Virus record (IMG/VR): IMGVR_UViG_3300044643_000612
Span: 20,338 to 84,337 of that record
DNA: 64,000 nucleotides
DNA from: a virus
Reading direction: 5' to 3' (one strand)
Of this stretch, positions 8,637 to 18,645 are shown piece after piece (the stretch's first letter is position 1; each line of letters starts with the position of its first letter). The notes beneath the pieces were generated by a model, which was not told where the DNA came from, did not search any database, and was given only the letters and a program-made list of their open reading frames with translations. The translations under genes were made by a program, and so were the position numbers.

Positions 8637-10169
8637 ATGCCCGAGAACATCATCCGCATCCAGTCTCAGCCCGGCATCAAGCGCGACGGCACCATGCTGG
8701 AGGGCGACGCCTACGTCGACGGGCAGTGGGTGCGGTTCCAGCGCGGCCTGCCCCGGAAGGTCGGCGGCTACCGTTCGATCAACAAGTATCTGTCCGAGGT
8801 CAGCCGGGCGCTGAACGCCTACACGCAGAACGACTTGACCTACGTCCACTCGGGCTCGGCCAACAAGATCGAGCGGTTCTTCATTGACACGTCGAACAAC
8901 ACCTCGGTCATCACCGACCGCACCCCGACGTCCGGCTTCACAGCCAACACCGCGAACACCTGGCAGTTCGACGTTGACAGCGACACCACGCAGAACCTGA
9001 TCGTCGCCCAAGTGGCGCCGAACGGCGTGAACATCGCCAACAGCACCGGCGGCGAACTGTTCTCCGGCCCAATCCTGGGGACCGGCGTCTTGACGTCAAT
9101 CGCCCTGCCCGCCGGCGGCAACTGCACGGGCGGCGTCGTGGCGCTGCACCCCTACACTTTCATCTACGGGACCAACGGCTACGTGGCCTGGTCCGTGGCG
9201 GGCGACCCGACCGACTTTGTCGGCGCAGGCAGTGGATCCGCAAACGTCACGGCGCAGAAGATCGTCAAGGCCATGCCGCTCCGCGGCGGCCCGGGTAACT
9301 CCCCCTCTGGCCTGCTGTGGTCGCTGGACGCCGTCGTGCGGGCCACCTTCATAGGCGGCGCCGAGGTCTTCCAGTTTGACACCATCACCACCGAGTCCTC
9401 GATTCTGTCGCCCAACAGCGTCATCGAGTACGACGGGGTATTCTTCTGGCTCGGGGTTGACAGGTTCCTGATGTTCAACGGCGTGGTGCGCGAAGTGCCC
9501 AACGCCATGAACCTCAACTGGTTCTTTGACGGCCTGAACGAGACGCAGGCGCAGAAGGTATTTGCCATCAAGGTGCCGCGCTACGGTGAAATCTGGTGGT
9601 GCTACCCTCGTGACGGGGCCACGGAGTGCAGCCACGCCATCATCTACAACGTGCGCGAGAACTCCTGGTACGACTGCGAGTTGCCGAACGGCGGCAGGTC
9701 CGCCGGCGCGTCGCCCGCCGTGTTCCGCAAGCCGCTGATGACCGGCGTGCAATCCTCGGCCAGCGGCTACAAGCTGTGGGTCCACGAGACCGGCGTCGAC
9801 GAGGTGGACGGCACGTCTACTCAGCCGGTCTACTCGTTCTTCGAGACGGCGGAGTTGTCCCTGCCCATCTCCACCGAGGGCAAGATCAACAAGCAGCTTC
9901 AGGTCGCCCACATCGAGCCCGACTTCGTGCAGACCGGCGAGATGGTCGTGTCGGTGCATGGCCGCTTCAACGCGCGCTCGCTAGAAGTCGAGGGGCCGTT
10001 CATGCCGTTCCCGGCGACGGCTACAGACCAGACGGACCAAGTCGTCTACCTCAAGACGCAGCGGCGCCAGATGCGGTTCCGCTTCGCGTCGAACGTGGTC
10101 GGCGGCGACTACCAGATGGGTCTGATCCTCGCGCACGTCCAGCCGGGCGACGGGACGATGATCGGATGA
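8637..10169 (+). CDS. Tail tubular protein B / DNA stabilisation (nozzle) protein
   Basis: 510 aa beta-rich protein with PGIKRDGT and EIWWCYP...IYN...NSW motifs. Position between tail and ejection genes. Confidence 0.65.
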   Translation: MPENIIRIQSQPGIKRDGTMLEGDAYVDGQWVRFQRGLPRKVGGYRSINKYLSEVSRALNAYTQNDLTYVHSGSANKIERFFIDTSNNTSVITDRTPTSGFTANTANTWQFDVDSDTTQNLIVAQVAPNGVNIANSTGGELFSGPILGTGVLTSIALPAGGNCTGGVVALHPYTFIYGTNGYVAWSVAGDPTDFVGAGSGSANVTAQKIVKAMPLRGGPGNSPSGLLWSLDAVVRATFIGGAEVFQFDTITTESSILSPNSVIEYDGVFFWLGVDRFLMFNGVVREVPNAMNLNWFFDGLNETQAQKVFAIKVPRYGEIWWCYPRDGATECSHAIIYNVRENSWYDCELPNGGRSAGASPAVFRKPLMTGVQSSASGYKLWVHETGVDEVDGTSTQPVYSFFETAELSLPISTEGKINKQLQVAHIEPDFVQTGEMVVSVHGRFNARSLEVEGPFMPFPATATDQTDQVVYLKTQRRQMRFRFASNVVGGDYQMGLILAHVQPGDGTMIG

Positions 10170-10396
10170 TCAACCCGCGAAACATGACGCTGACAGACTG
10201 GGCGGATAGTGTTATCCTTGTCGTGAGTGATGCGTGGTCCTTCGGCAAGCTGGAGGACGAAGCGCGTTGGCAAGACTGGGCCATCGGCTTCGTGAGAGCC
10301 TCACCGTTCACACAGCAGGCGATTCCCGACCCCTACCTGTTTGCGGACTGGCGCGACTGGGCCGAGCGCGTCTATCCCATGCTTGAGGTGACTTGA
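10166..10396 (+). CDS. Small Trp-rich virion-module protein
   Basis: ATGA overlap. MINPRNMTLTDWADSV...PDPYLFADWRDWAER. Confidence 0.6.
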   Translation: MINPRNMTLTDWADSVILVVSDAWSFGKLEDEARWQDWAIGFVRASPFTQQAIPDPYLFADWRDWAERVYPMLEVT

Positions 10397-12690
10397 TGCC
10401 TGACTTTGCCGTTAACTTCCCGGGCGAGCCGCGAGAGGACCTTTCCGGGTTCGCCGTCAACGCGCCTGCGCCAGGCGGGAGCCAACCGGCGAGCGGCATG
10501 ACCGCGAACATCTCCGGGCTGCCGGACGACCTGTTCAACAAGTACTCGCAAGGGCCGACCGCGCAGTTGATGCCCGCCGACCCGAAGAAGGGCTACGGCA
10601 CGTCCTACTACGCGGCCTACACCAATGACGGTGACATGGCGGGCGCCGTGATGGTCGCCGACGGCCAGAAGGTCCGCCTCGTGGACAAGATGACCGGCGA
10701 CGTCGTGTTCGAGGGCGTAGGCCCGGAGGGCGCACGGCTGGCCACTTCGGTAGCCAACGGCATCTCGCAGGACCTCGGGCGCAAGGCCGCTTGGGCCATC
10801 CAGAAGCCGTCCGACGAGGGCGGCTGGGTGTCCATGGCCGAGGAGCGGTACGACCCCAAGGAGCAGAGCACCCTCGGCAAGCTGGCCGACTTCGCCCTGC
10901 CGATCCTTGGCGCTATCCTCATGCCTGTCGTTGGTCCTCTCGGCCCCGTTCTGGCGGCAGGTCTCGGCTCGGCGGCAGGCTCGGCCCTGTCGTCTATCGC
11001 GCAAGGCCGCGACGTCAGCGAGACCGTCAAGCGCGCCGCCATCGCCGGGTTGACGGCGGGCGTCGGTGCGAAGGTCATGCCGATGCTCGGCAACGCGCTC
11101 GCCAACAGCACCAGCCCGGCGGGGCAGGCACTTTCTCAAACCTACTCTAATGTCATGAACCCGCTCAACGCCGGGGTCAACGCGGTGCGGGGTGGGGCGA
11201 GTGCGATAGGTGATGCGGTGTTTGACGCCGCTGGTAACTTGATTGTGCGCGGGGGCAGCAACGCCCTGACGTCGGCCACGGGCGGCGCCCTCGGCTCGCT
11301 CGCGGGGGGCGCGACGAACGCCCTGACGGGCTCCAGCGGCCAGAACGTCGCGCAAGGTGGCTCAGGCGCTGACACGGTCGGCAACACCATTGAGGGCGTG
11401 GACGTCGTTGGGACGGGAGCCGACGCCGCTACGGGCGGCGCTCTCGGCTCGGTCGTTGGCACCGGAGCCGCCGACACCGGCAACACCGTCTCAGAGGTCG
11501 AGGTCACGGGCACAGGGGCCGACACCGCGACAGGTGGTGCGCTCGGCTCGGTCGTTGGCACCGGAGCCGCCGACACCGGCAACACCGGCAACACCGTCTC
11601 AGAGGTTGAGGTCACGGGCACAGGGGCCGACACCGCGACAGGTGGCGGGCTTGGCTCGGTCGTGGGCACCGGAGCCGCCGACACCGGCAACACCGTCTCA
11701 GAGGTTGAGGTCACGGGCACAGGGGCCGACACCGCTACGGGCGGCGTGATCGGGACTGCGGTAGGCGACGTGCTCACAGGGAGTGAAGGGTCGAACACCC
11801 TTGAAGACACGAGTACCGGCGACGACGTAGACAAGTCCCTGACCGACAAGATGCTGGACTGGATCAAGGCCAACCCCGTCAAGGCCGCGCGACTTGGCCT
11901 GACCCTGGCGGGCGGTATCGGCGGCGGTGCGGCTGCGCTTGACGACACGGACGGCGGCGGAGCGCCCCTGCCCCCTGGCTTCGCGGCTGCGGGCACACCG
12001 GGTTCGCTGTCCGACATCTTCCGCGCCAAGCTGCCGGCGCCCTCCGGGCCGTTCGCCGACCTGTCCGCTCGCAACGTCAGCATGACGCCCGAGGAGTGGA
12101 AGACCTACGGCCAGCGGTCAGAGCAGTCGTTCTTCAACAACGTGCCGCAGCGCCCGTCGGGTATCGACAACAGCAAGCGCGCACCTGTCAACCCGGGTCC
12201 TGTCGAACCGGAGCCGGGGTTCGCGGTGGCTAACACCCCGAGCGCGGCACCCAACCCCGCAACCGTCCCCGGCTTCAGTCCGACTGCACCCTCGTCCGTC
12301 AACAGCACGTCAGGCAGCGACATGAACAGGGGCGGCATGACCGCTGCGCAGTTCGCTGTCGCCATGAAGCGGTTGGAGAACGACCGCCGCGCACCGCCGA
12401 TGCCCACGCCGTCCGCCGAGCCTGAGCGATTCGCCCGCGGCGGCTTCGCCGTGCGCGGCATCGGTTCTGGCCGCGAGGACAAGATCCCCGCGCGACTGAG
12501 CGACGGCGAGTATGTCATCGACGCAGAGACCGTGGCCCTGCTCGGCGACGGCTCGTCGGACTCCGGGGCCAAGCGCCTCGACGCCTTCCGCGCCAACATC
12601 CGCAAGCACAAGGGCAAGAAACTCGTCCGGGGCGAGTTCAGTGTGAACGCCAAGAAGCCCGAAGCCTACCTCAAAGGGGGACGCGCCTAA
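10396..12690 (+). CDS. Internal virion / ejection protein with tandem repeats
   Basis: Gly/Ala-rich helices. C-terminal GGxxVRGxGxGxEDxIPARLSDGEYVI domain, homologous to the ORF ending at 63707. Confidence 0.65.
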   Translation: MPDFAVNFPGEPREDLSGFAVNAPAPGGSQPASGMTANISGLPDDLFNKYSQGPTAQLMPADPKKGYGTSYYAAYTNDGDMAGAVMVADGQKVRLVDKMTGDVVFEGVGPEGARLATSVANGISQDLGRKAAWAIQKPSDEGGWVSMAEERYDPKEQSTLGKLADFALPILGAILMPVVGPLGPVLAAGLGSAAGSALSSIAQGRDVSETVKRAAIAGLTAGVGAKVMPMLGNALANSTSPAGQALSQTYSNVMNPLNAGVNAVRGGASAIGDAVFDAAGNLIVRGGSNALTSATGGALGSLAGGATNALTGSSGQNVAQGGSGADTVGNTIEGVDVVGTGADAATGGALGSVVGTGAADTGNTVSEVEVTGTGADTATGGALGSVVGTGAADTGNTGNTVSEVEVTGTGADTATGGGLGSVVGTGAADTGNTVSEVEVTGTGADTATGGVIGTAVGDVLTGSEGSNTLEDTSTGDDVDKSLTDKMLDWIKANPVKAARLGLTLAGGIGGGAAALDDTDGGGAPLPPGFAAAGTPGSLSDIFRAKLPAPSGPFADLSARNVSMTPEEWKTYGQRSEQSFFNNVPQRPSGIDNSKRAPVNPGPVEPEPGFAVANTPSAAPNPATVPGFSPTAPSSVNSTSGSDMNRGGMTAAQFAVAMKRLENDRRAPPMPTPSAEPERFARGGFAVRGIGSGREDKIPARLSDGEYVIDAETVALLGDGSSDSGAKRLDAFRANIRKHKGKKLVRGEFSVNAKKPEAYLKGGRA
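11416..11760 (+). repeat. About 3.5 tandem 99-108 bp coding repeats
   Basis: Unit GADTATGGALGSVVGTGAADTGNTVSEVEVTGT, near-identical at the DNA level. Confidence 0.9.
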
Positions 12691-12691
12691 G

Positions 12692-13729
12692 ATGCCCGAC
12701 GACAACGGACTGACCAGTTTCCTGAACAGCGGCAACGTGAGCGTCGTGCCGTCCGCGAGCACGACCGAGACCGTGCTGCCGGATTGGTACACGAACTACG
12801 GGATGCAGCTTCTGGCCAACCAGAACGCGCTGATGAACACCCCGTATCAGACCTACCAGGGTCCTCGCGTCGCAGGCTTTACGCCCGACCAGCAGGCCGG
12901 GTTCGCAGCCACCAAGGACGCGGCGTTCTCCTACCAGCCCGGACTGAACGCGGCTCAGGGCGCCACAGCGGGCCTGATGAACGCGCCCGGCGGCCTTGAG
13001 ACCGCCCAGCCCTTCCTCAACCGCGCCGGCCAGACGTCGGCGTCGCAGGTGCAGCAGTACATGAACCCCTACCAAGATGCGGTGGTCAACCGCATCGGGG
13101 AACTCGGTGCGCGCACCCTGCGTGAGCAAATCCTGCCGGAGATCAGCGACCGCTTCATCAAGTCGGGGCAGTTCGGCGGGTCGCGCCAGGCCGAGATGAT
13201 CGGTCGGGGGATCCGCGACACGATGGAGGGCATAACGGCCAAGCAGGCCGAGGCCCTGTCGACCGGCTACACCGGAGCCCTTGGCGCGGCGCAGACCGAC
13301 CTGTCGCGCGTCGGCAACCTCGCTGGAACTGCTGGCACCCTCGGTGCGGGCGACATCTCCTCCCGGCGCGCTACCGCCGCGCAGATGGCGGACATGGCTG
13401 CCCGCGAGCAGAGCCTCGGGCTCACCGGCGCCGGAGCCCTGTCCAGCATCGGCGACAAGCAGCGCGAGATGGACCAAGCGAACCTCGATGTCGGCTACCA
13501 AGACTTCCTGCGAAGCCAAGGCTACCCGCAGGAGCAGATCGACAAGGCGGCTGCCACGATGAAGAATGTGCAAGGTGCAGTGCCCCAAGGCACACTGAAA
13601 TACGGCTACGGGCCGGAAGGCGCGACGAAAAATCCCGCCGAGCCGACCGACCTGATGAAGTTCAACACGCTGGTCGGCACCGGGCTCACGGTGGCCGAGG
13701 CGTGGAACAAGATTTTCGGAGGCCCGTGA
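12692..13729 (+). CDS. Ejection / DNA transfer protein
   Basis: YQGPRVAGFTPDQ, QYMNPYQ and FGGSRQ motifs shared with 62046..63695. Confidence 0.65.
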   Translation: MPDDNGLTSFLNSGNVSVVPSASTTETVLPDWYTNYGMQLLANQNALMNTPYQTYQGPRVAGFTPDQQAGFAATKDAAFSYQPGLNAAQGATAGLMNAPGGLETAQPFLNRAGQTSASQVQQYMNPYQDAVVNRIGELGARTLREQILPEISDRFIKSGQFGGSRQAEMIGRGIRDTMEGITAKQAEALSTGYTGALGAAQTDLSRVGNLAGTAGTLGAGDISSRRATAAQMADMAAREQSLGLTGAGALSSIGDKQREMDQANLDVGYQDFLRSQGYPQEQIDKAAATMKNVQGAVPQGTLKYGYGPEGATKNPAEPTDLMKFNTLVGTGLTVAEAWNKIFGGP

Positions 13730-15075
13730 TGGAAGACGAAGAACTGGGTGCCCTGTCGTCGGTGACGGACGCAGAGTCCGAAGCGATGCCGGGTATGACC
13801 GGCAACCCGCAGGCGCTCGCCGTCCTGAACTCGATCCGCGCCGAGCAGAAAAAGCGATACGACGACTATGCCGCCCGCATCCGCGCCGCTCGCGCCGCCC
13901 AGCAGCCGACCCCCACGTCGGACATGTCGCGGCTCGCCAGCGCGTTTCTGGCCGCCGGCAAGCCGAACGAGGCGCGCTCCAACTGGATGGCCCTGCAACA
14001 GGGCGTTGAGAACTGGAACCAGAGCGGCGAGGCGCAGAAGGCCGCGGAACTGAAGCAGAGGCAGATCACCGCTGCCGAGGAAGCCGAACTCGCCAAGGCG
14101 GCGTTTGAGCAGGGCTCGTCGCTGGAGACCCTGGCGGCGAAGTACGCGCTCGATCCCCGGAAGTCGGGGTGGAGCGGATCTGCCGGGGTGTCGGCGGCGG
14201 GAGAGCCTTACGGCATCTTCAAAGATCCTACTACCGGACGGGTCGTCGTGAAAACCCGAGGCGGCGAGACGGCGTTTGACGCGCCGGGCACTCCGCCTGC
14301 TGGTGGTGGTGGCGCCCCTGCGGGTAACGCTCCGCCTGCTGGCGGCGGCGGCGTGTCCACCGAGGGCCTCTTCACCGGGCCGGACGGCAAGACCTACCGG
14401 AAGGACGCCTTTGGCGTGCCGCGCGAGGTGTTCGGCGCGGTGAACCGTCCGGCGAGCCCGGAAGAGGCGCGGCAGTTCGGTGCGACGGAGGGGGCCTTTG
14501 AGGGCGGCGTGTTCAAGCCGGGCGCGGGTTCCGTGCCGCTGTCGCAACTCCAGTCGGAGATTGCGAGCGGCGAAGGCAAGATCCAACACATGGGCGAGAT
14601 GATCGCCCTCGCGGAGGACATCAAGTCCCGTGTCGGCCCGACCACCGCAGGCCCCGTCGGAGCCGTTGCCGGGTTCATTCCCGGTACCGCAGCCTTCACG
14701 CTCAAGGAAGAGATGGTCAAGACGCTCGGCGGCAACATCGCCTTCGACCGCCTCCAGCAGATGCGCGAAGAGTCCAAGACGGGCGGCGCTCTCGGCCAGG
14801 TTGCCGTGCAGGAGTTGGACGCCTTGCGTGCCTCTCTCGGTGCCCTGAACTCGTCAATGAACCCGCAAGACCTTCAGCGCAACCTTGACCGCGTGATCGC
14901 CGGGTATCAGCGCGCGATGGCGGCCTATCAGCGGATGCTGGCAGACAAGCAGCGTCGTCTGTCCGGCGGCGCTCCGCCGCAAGGCGCGGCCCCGGCGCAA
15001 GGTGGTGCGCCTGCGGGTGGAAAAGTGCTACGGTTCGACCCGAAGTCTGGCACGTTCAAACCCGCAGGGGGCTGA
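13729..15075 (+). CDS. Ejection / internal virion protein
   Basis: TGATG coupling. C-terminal FDRLQQMREESKTGGALGQV motif. Position in the ejection module. Confidence 0.6.
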   Translation: MEDEELGALSSVTDAESEAMPGMTGNPQALAVLNSIRAEQKKRYDDYAARIRAARAAQQPTPTSDMSRLASAFLAAGKPNEARSNWMALQQGVENWNQSGEAQKAAELKQRQITAAEEAELAKAAFEQGSSLETLAAKYALDPRKSGWSGSAGVSAAGEPYGIFKDPTTGRVVVKTRGGETAFDAPGTPPAGGGGAPAGNAPPAGGGGVSTEGLFTGPDGKTYRKDAFGVPREVFGAVNRPASPEEARQFGATEGAFEGGVFKPGAGSVPLSQLQSEIASGEGKIQHMGEMIALAEDIKSRVGPTTAGPVGAVAGFIPGTAAFTLKEEMVKTLGGNIAFDRLQQMREESKTGGALGQVAVQELDALRASLGALNSSMNPQDLQRNLDRVIAGYQRAMAAYQRMLADKQRRLSGGAPPQGAAPAQGGAPAGGKVLRFDPKSGTFKPAGG

Positions 15076-15078
15076 TCC

Positions 15079-18000
15079 TTGGAACCGCAGATCGTAGAAC
15101 TGCCCGACGGCACCCGGCTAGAGTTCCCCCCGGGCATGAGCCCAGAGGACATGCTGGCCGCTACCAAGCAGTATTATAGCCAGCAAGCCCCTGAGCAGCG
15201 CGCCACGGGCGACAAGCCCCCCGAAGCGCTGACCGAGACGGCCCCCGGCGAGTTCACCGGCGAGAGCGGCGCTCGCTACTCCGACAAGCCGCGCCAGCCA
15301 CAACTCGTCACCGACCTCGAAGAGACCAACCGCCTGAGCCCCGAGGGTCTGCCGTCGGTTGAGGACCTGCGCGGCAACATCTTCCGCAACATCCTCGGCA
15401 AGGAGCCGCCGCCGTCAACCCCGGAACCCCCGCCCAGTCAGTTCGGAGCGGCGGCTCAAGGCGTCGCGTTGAGCACGCTGCCCACTCTCGCTGGGTATTT
15501 CGGTATGCGCGGGGGCGCCGGCCTCGGGGCACTCACCGGCCCCGCCGCCCCTGTCGCCGTCCCTGCACTGGCTCTCACCGGAGGAGCGGGGAGCGCGCTG
15601 GCCGCAGCGGAAGCGCAGCGGCAAGGGCTGGACGCGCTGCCCGAAGATTTCAAAGCCCGTTTCGGGCTGTCCGAGGAGCAGATCGCCGCGTCAAAGGAGG
15701 CATATCCCTACTCGTTCAACGCTGGCGCGCTGGCCCCCAGCCTGTTGGCTGGGCGTCCGATCTCCGCCGGGAACATGAAGCTGCTCCAGTCGGCGCTCAA
15801 GGAAGTCAACCCGGCGCTGGCCGCCCGGGTGTTCGGCCAAGGCATCAAGGAGGCCGTGCCTGTCGCCGCGCTGTCCGCTGGAGTCGGCGGCTCCATGGAG
15901 GCGGGGGGTCAACTCTTCGACGGCGACAAGAACTTCGACCCTGTCAAGATCGGCCAGTCCGCCGTTGTCAGTGGGCTCACCGGCTACAGCCCCCGCAACG
16001 TCACGGCGCTAGAGCGCAGCCTGATCGGCACCCAACAGCCGACCGCAGCGTCCGACACCCTGCAAGCGGGCACCCTGCGTCTCGGCGGCGAAGCGACCCC
16101 CGTTGACATCCTGCCGCCTGACGTCGTCACCAACCTCGCGTCCGACGTCGCCCGGGTCAACCCGCAGGCTGGTCGCAGCCTCGTGGCGGGTGCCGAGACC
16201 CGCCGCGGTCAGATGCCCGGCGCACTGTCCACAACGGCTGAGAGCCTGCCGGGCGTGCCTCCGGGCGCGACTGTCGCTGGCATCAAGGACGCCGCCAGCG
16301 CCGCCCGCCAAGCACGCCAAGATCGCATTGCGTCCGGCAAGACGAGCATCGTCCAAGGCGCGGAGGCCGAGCAGGCCGCGGCCAAGGCGGCAACTCCCGA
16401 GATTACCGAAGGCGCCATGCCCGCCATCACCCGCGGCAAGGCGGGCGAGGTCGTGCGCGACACCCTGTCGGCGCAAAAGCAGGCGGACTTCGACAATTAC
16501 AAGGCTCTCTATGCCGAGGCAGAGGCGAAGGGCGACGTGCCCATTTCACCGAAGTTTGAGCGCGGGGAGGGTGCGGAGGTGTTCGACCCTGTGTCAGGCA
16601 AGTCCGGCACGCCGCAGGATCTCGGGCCGGACGCTACGGGTGTGATCTCGCAGATCGCTGACGCCGCCATGGGCCGGCGCAGCACACTCCCCCGCACCAA
16701 CATCCCGAAGACCGAGGGGGTCCTATCGCAACTGAACCCCGACAACCTCACCTTCCGCACGCTGATCGACGCCCGACAGGCGTTCAGCACGATTCGCCAG
16801 GGTAACGCCGACGCCACTGAGGCCGCCGCCGCCCGGGACGCCATCGCGGCTATTGACAGCACGCTCAAGGACCTGACGGCGGCGGGGCGCTTCGGCGACT
16901 CTGAGGCCGCCACCGCGTGGTCGTCGGCCAACTCTGCGTTCAGCGGTTTCATGTCTCGGTGGGACGACACCTTCGCCGACCGGATCGTCGCCAGTGACGC
17001 CCCGGGTGCCAGCGCCGCGATCTTCGGAGGCCCGGACACCCTGCCCGGCCAGACGCCTAACCGGGTTCGCGACCTCGCCGACCTGCGCGACCGCCTCGGG
17101 CAGGACAGCGCGGAGTGGGCCGCTGTGCAGCAGGAGATGCTGGACCGCGCCCTGAGCCGGGACATGGGCAAGGGCACCTTCGGCACGGCGTTCGCCAAGT
17201 GGGAGCGCATCAACCCGGAACTGGCCGCGCTGCTGGTGCCAGAGGGGGGCCGCAACGCCCTGGTCCGCGCACAAGGAGAAATCAAGGCAGCGACCGAAGC
17301 GTCCGTCGCGGCGAAAGCCCGCGGCGTCCGTGCCACCGAGCGCGCCACCACCTTGATGAAGCGGACAGAGGATGCGTTCAAGGCGAAGGTTGAGCCCGCT
17401 TCGCAGGGCCTGAACTTCATGTCGACGGGGGCGCTGGACTTCCGCAACGCTGTTGACGGCTGGACACCCTCGCAACGCCAAGCGGCGAAGGTCGGTGTGC
17501 GCCAAGCCATGCGCGACGCGGCATCCAAGCCCGACGCCTCGATCCGACTGCTGGCCGACCTGGCCGACAACACTGATGCGCAGGCCAACCTGCGCTCCCT
17601 GCTTGGGAACGCCGAGGCCGACGACATTATCCGCAAGGCCGTTGCCGCCAAGGAGGTCGCGAAGCGCATTGGCGCTCTGGAGCAGGGCGCCCGGTCGGGT
17701 CTCGGCGCCGCACCCACGGAGCGGGACCTTTCAGACATCGCGCCCGACGTCATCGTTAAGTCCGGGCCGATGGGCAACAAGGTGGAGTTGTTTGACAACT
17801 TCTTCCAGTCTGTCTCGCGCCTGCTGACCGCCAAGGGCCTGTCCAGCGCGGAGGCGCTTCAGGTGTCTCGCGACCTGCTGGACCCGGAGAAGGCGGATCT
17901 GGTGCGCGACCAGCTTGCCAAGCAAATCGGCGAGGGGCCAGCGGACGCCGCCCGCCGCCGGGCGCAAGCGTTCTACGGGCCGATGGCGGAGCGCCTTGGT

Positions 18001-18645
18001 ATCGCCGCCACCCGTGCCGCCGTGACGCAACGCGAGCCCCCACCCAAAGCCGAAGCACCTGCCGCGCCGCCGGCGGAAGAGGAAAAGGCCGAGTTCATCT
18101 CGCTCACGGCGCCGACCCCGGAAGCCGCGATCACTGTCGCATCAACAATGGAGTTGCCTGCGGAGCGCGCTGCGGAAATCGCCGCCCCGATCATCGCCAA
18201 CGAACAGGTTGAGGGCACAGGCGACAATCCGCGATCCAGCGCAGTCGGGTACGGGCAGTTCATCGACCCGACCTTTATCGCCTACTACCGCAAGGCTTTC
18301 CCTCAAGAAGCGCGGGGCCTTTCCGAGCAGGACATCCTCGCCAAGCGCGGCACCGGCGTCGAGCGCCCCATGCTCTTGGCTTACACGCAGGACAACGTCG
18401 GCGCCTTGGTGCAGAACGGCATGAAGTTGACCCTGCAAAACCTATACGCGCTGCATCACATGGGCGCGGCGCTTGGGGTAGAACTGCTTCGCGCCCGGCC
18501 AGATCAGCCCGCCGAGCAGGTGCTAGGCGCCGACGTGGTCCGGGCCAACCCGCAATTCAGCGGTATGACCGCCGGGCAGGCCGTGAAGTGGCTCGCATCG
18601 CACGCAGCCAAGGGTGTTCCGATCACCCGGCCCGGCGCCGCATAG
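15079..18645 (+). CDS. Large internal virion protein with C-terminal lytic transglycosylase-like domain
   Basis: 1188 aa. C-terminus has E...NPRSSAVGYGQFIDPTF...LYALHHMG, an SLT/lysozyme-like signature. Confidence 0.7.
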   Translation: MEPQIVELPDGTRLEFPPGMSPEDMLAATKQYYSQQAPEQRATGDKPPEALTETAPGEFTGESGARYSDKPRQPQLVTDLEETNRLSPEGLPSVEDLRGNIFRNILGKEPPPSTPEPPPSQFGAAAQGVALSTLPTLAGYFGMRGGAGLGALTGPAAPVAVPALALTGGAGSALAAAEAQRQGLDALPEDFKARFGLSEEQIAASKEAYPYSFNAGALAPSLLAGRPISAGNMKLLQSALKEVNPALAARVFGQGIKEAVPVAALSAGVGGSMEAGGQLFDGDKNFDPVKIGQSAVVSGLTGYSPRNVTALERSLIGTQQPTAASDTLQAGTLRLGGEATPVDILPPDVVTNLASDVARVNPQAGRSLVAGAETRRGQMPGALSTTAESLPGVPPGATVAGIKDAASAARQARQDRIASGKTSIVQGAEAEQAAAKAATPEITEGAMPAITRGKAGEVVRDTLSAQKQADFDNYKALYAEAEAKGDVPISPKFERGEGAEVFDPVSGKSGTPQDLGPDATGVISQIADAAMGRRSTLPRTNIPKTEGVLSQLNPDNLTFRTLIDARQAFSTIRQGNADATEAAAARDAIAAIDSTLKDLTAAGRFGDSEAATAWSSANSAFSGFMSRWDDTFADRIVASDAPGASAAIFGGPDTLPGQTPNRVRDLADLRDRLGQDSAEWAAVQQEMLDRALSRDMGKGTFGTAFAKWERINPELAALLVPEGGRNALVRAQGEIKAATEASVAAKARGVRATERATTLMKRTEDAFKAKVEPASQGLNFMSTGALDFRNAVDGWTPSQRQAAKVGVRQAMRDAASKPDASIRLLADLADNTDAQANLRSLLGNAEADDIIRKAVAAKEVAKRIGALEQGARSGLGAAPTERDLSDIAPDVIVKSGPMGNKVELFDNFFQSVSRLLTAKGLSSAEALQVSRDLLDPEKADLVRDQLAKQIGEGPADAARRRAQAFYGPMAERLGIAATRAAVTQREPPPKAEAPAAPPAEEEKAEFISLTAPTPEAAITVASTMELPAERAAEIAAPIIANEQVEGTGDNPRSSAVGYGQFIDPTFIAYYRKAFPQEARGLSEQDILAKRGTGVERPMLLAYTQDNVGALVQNGMKLTLQNLYALHHMGAALGVELLRARPDQPAEQVLGADVVRANPQFSGMTAGQAVKWLASHAAKGVPITRPGAA

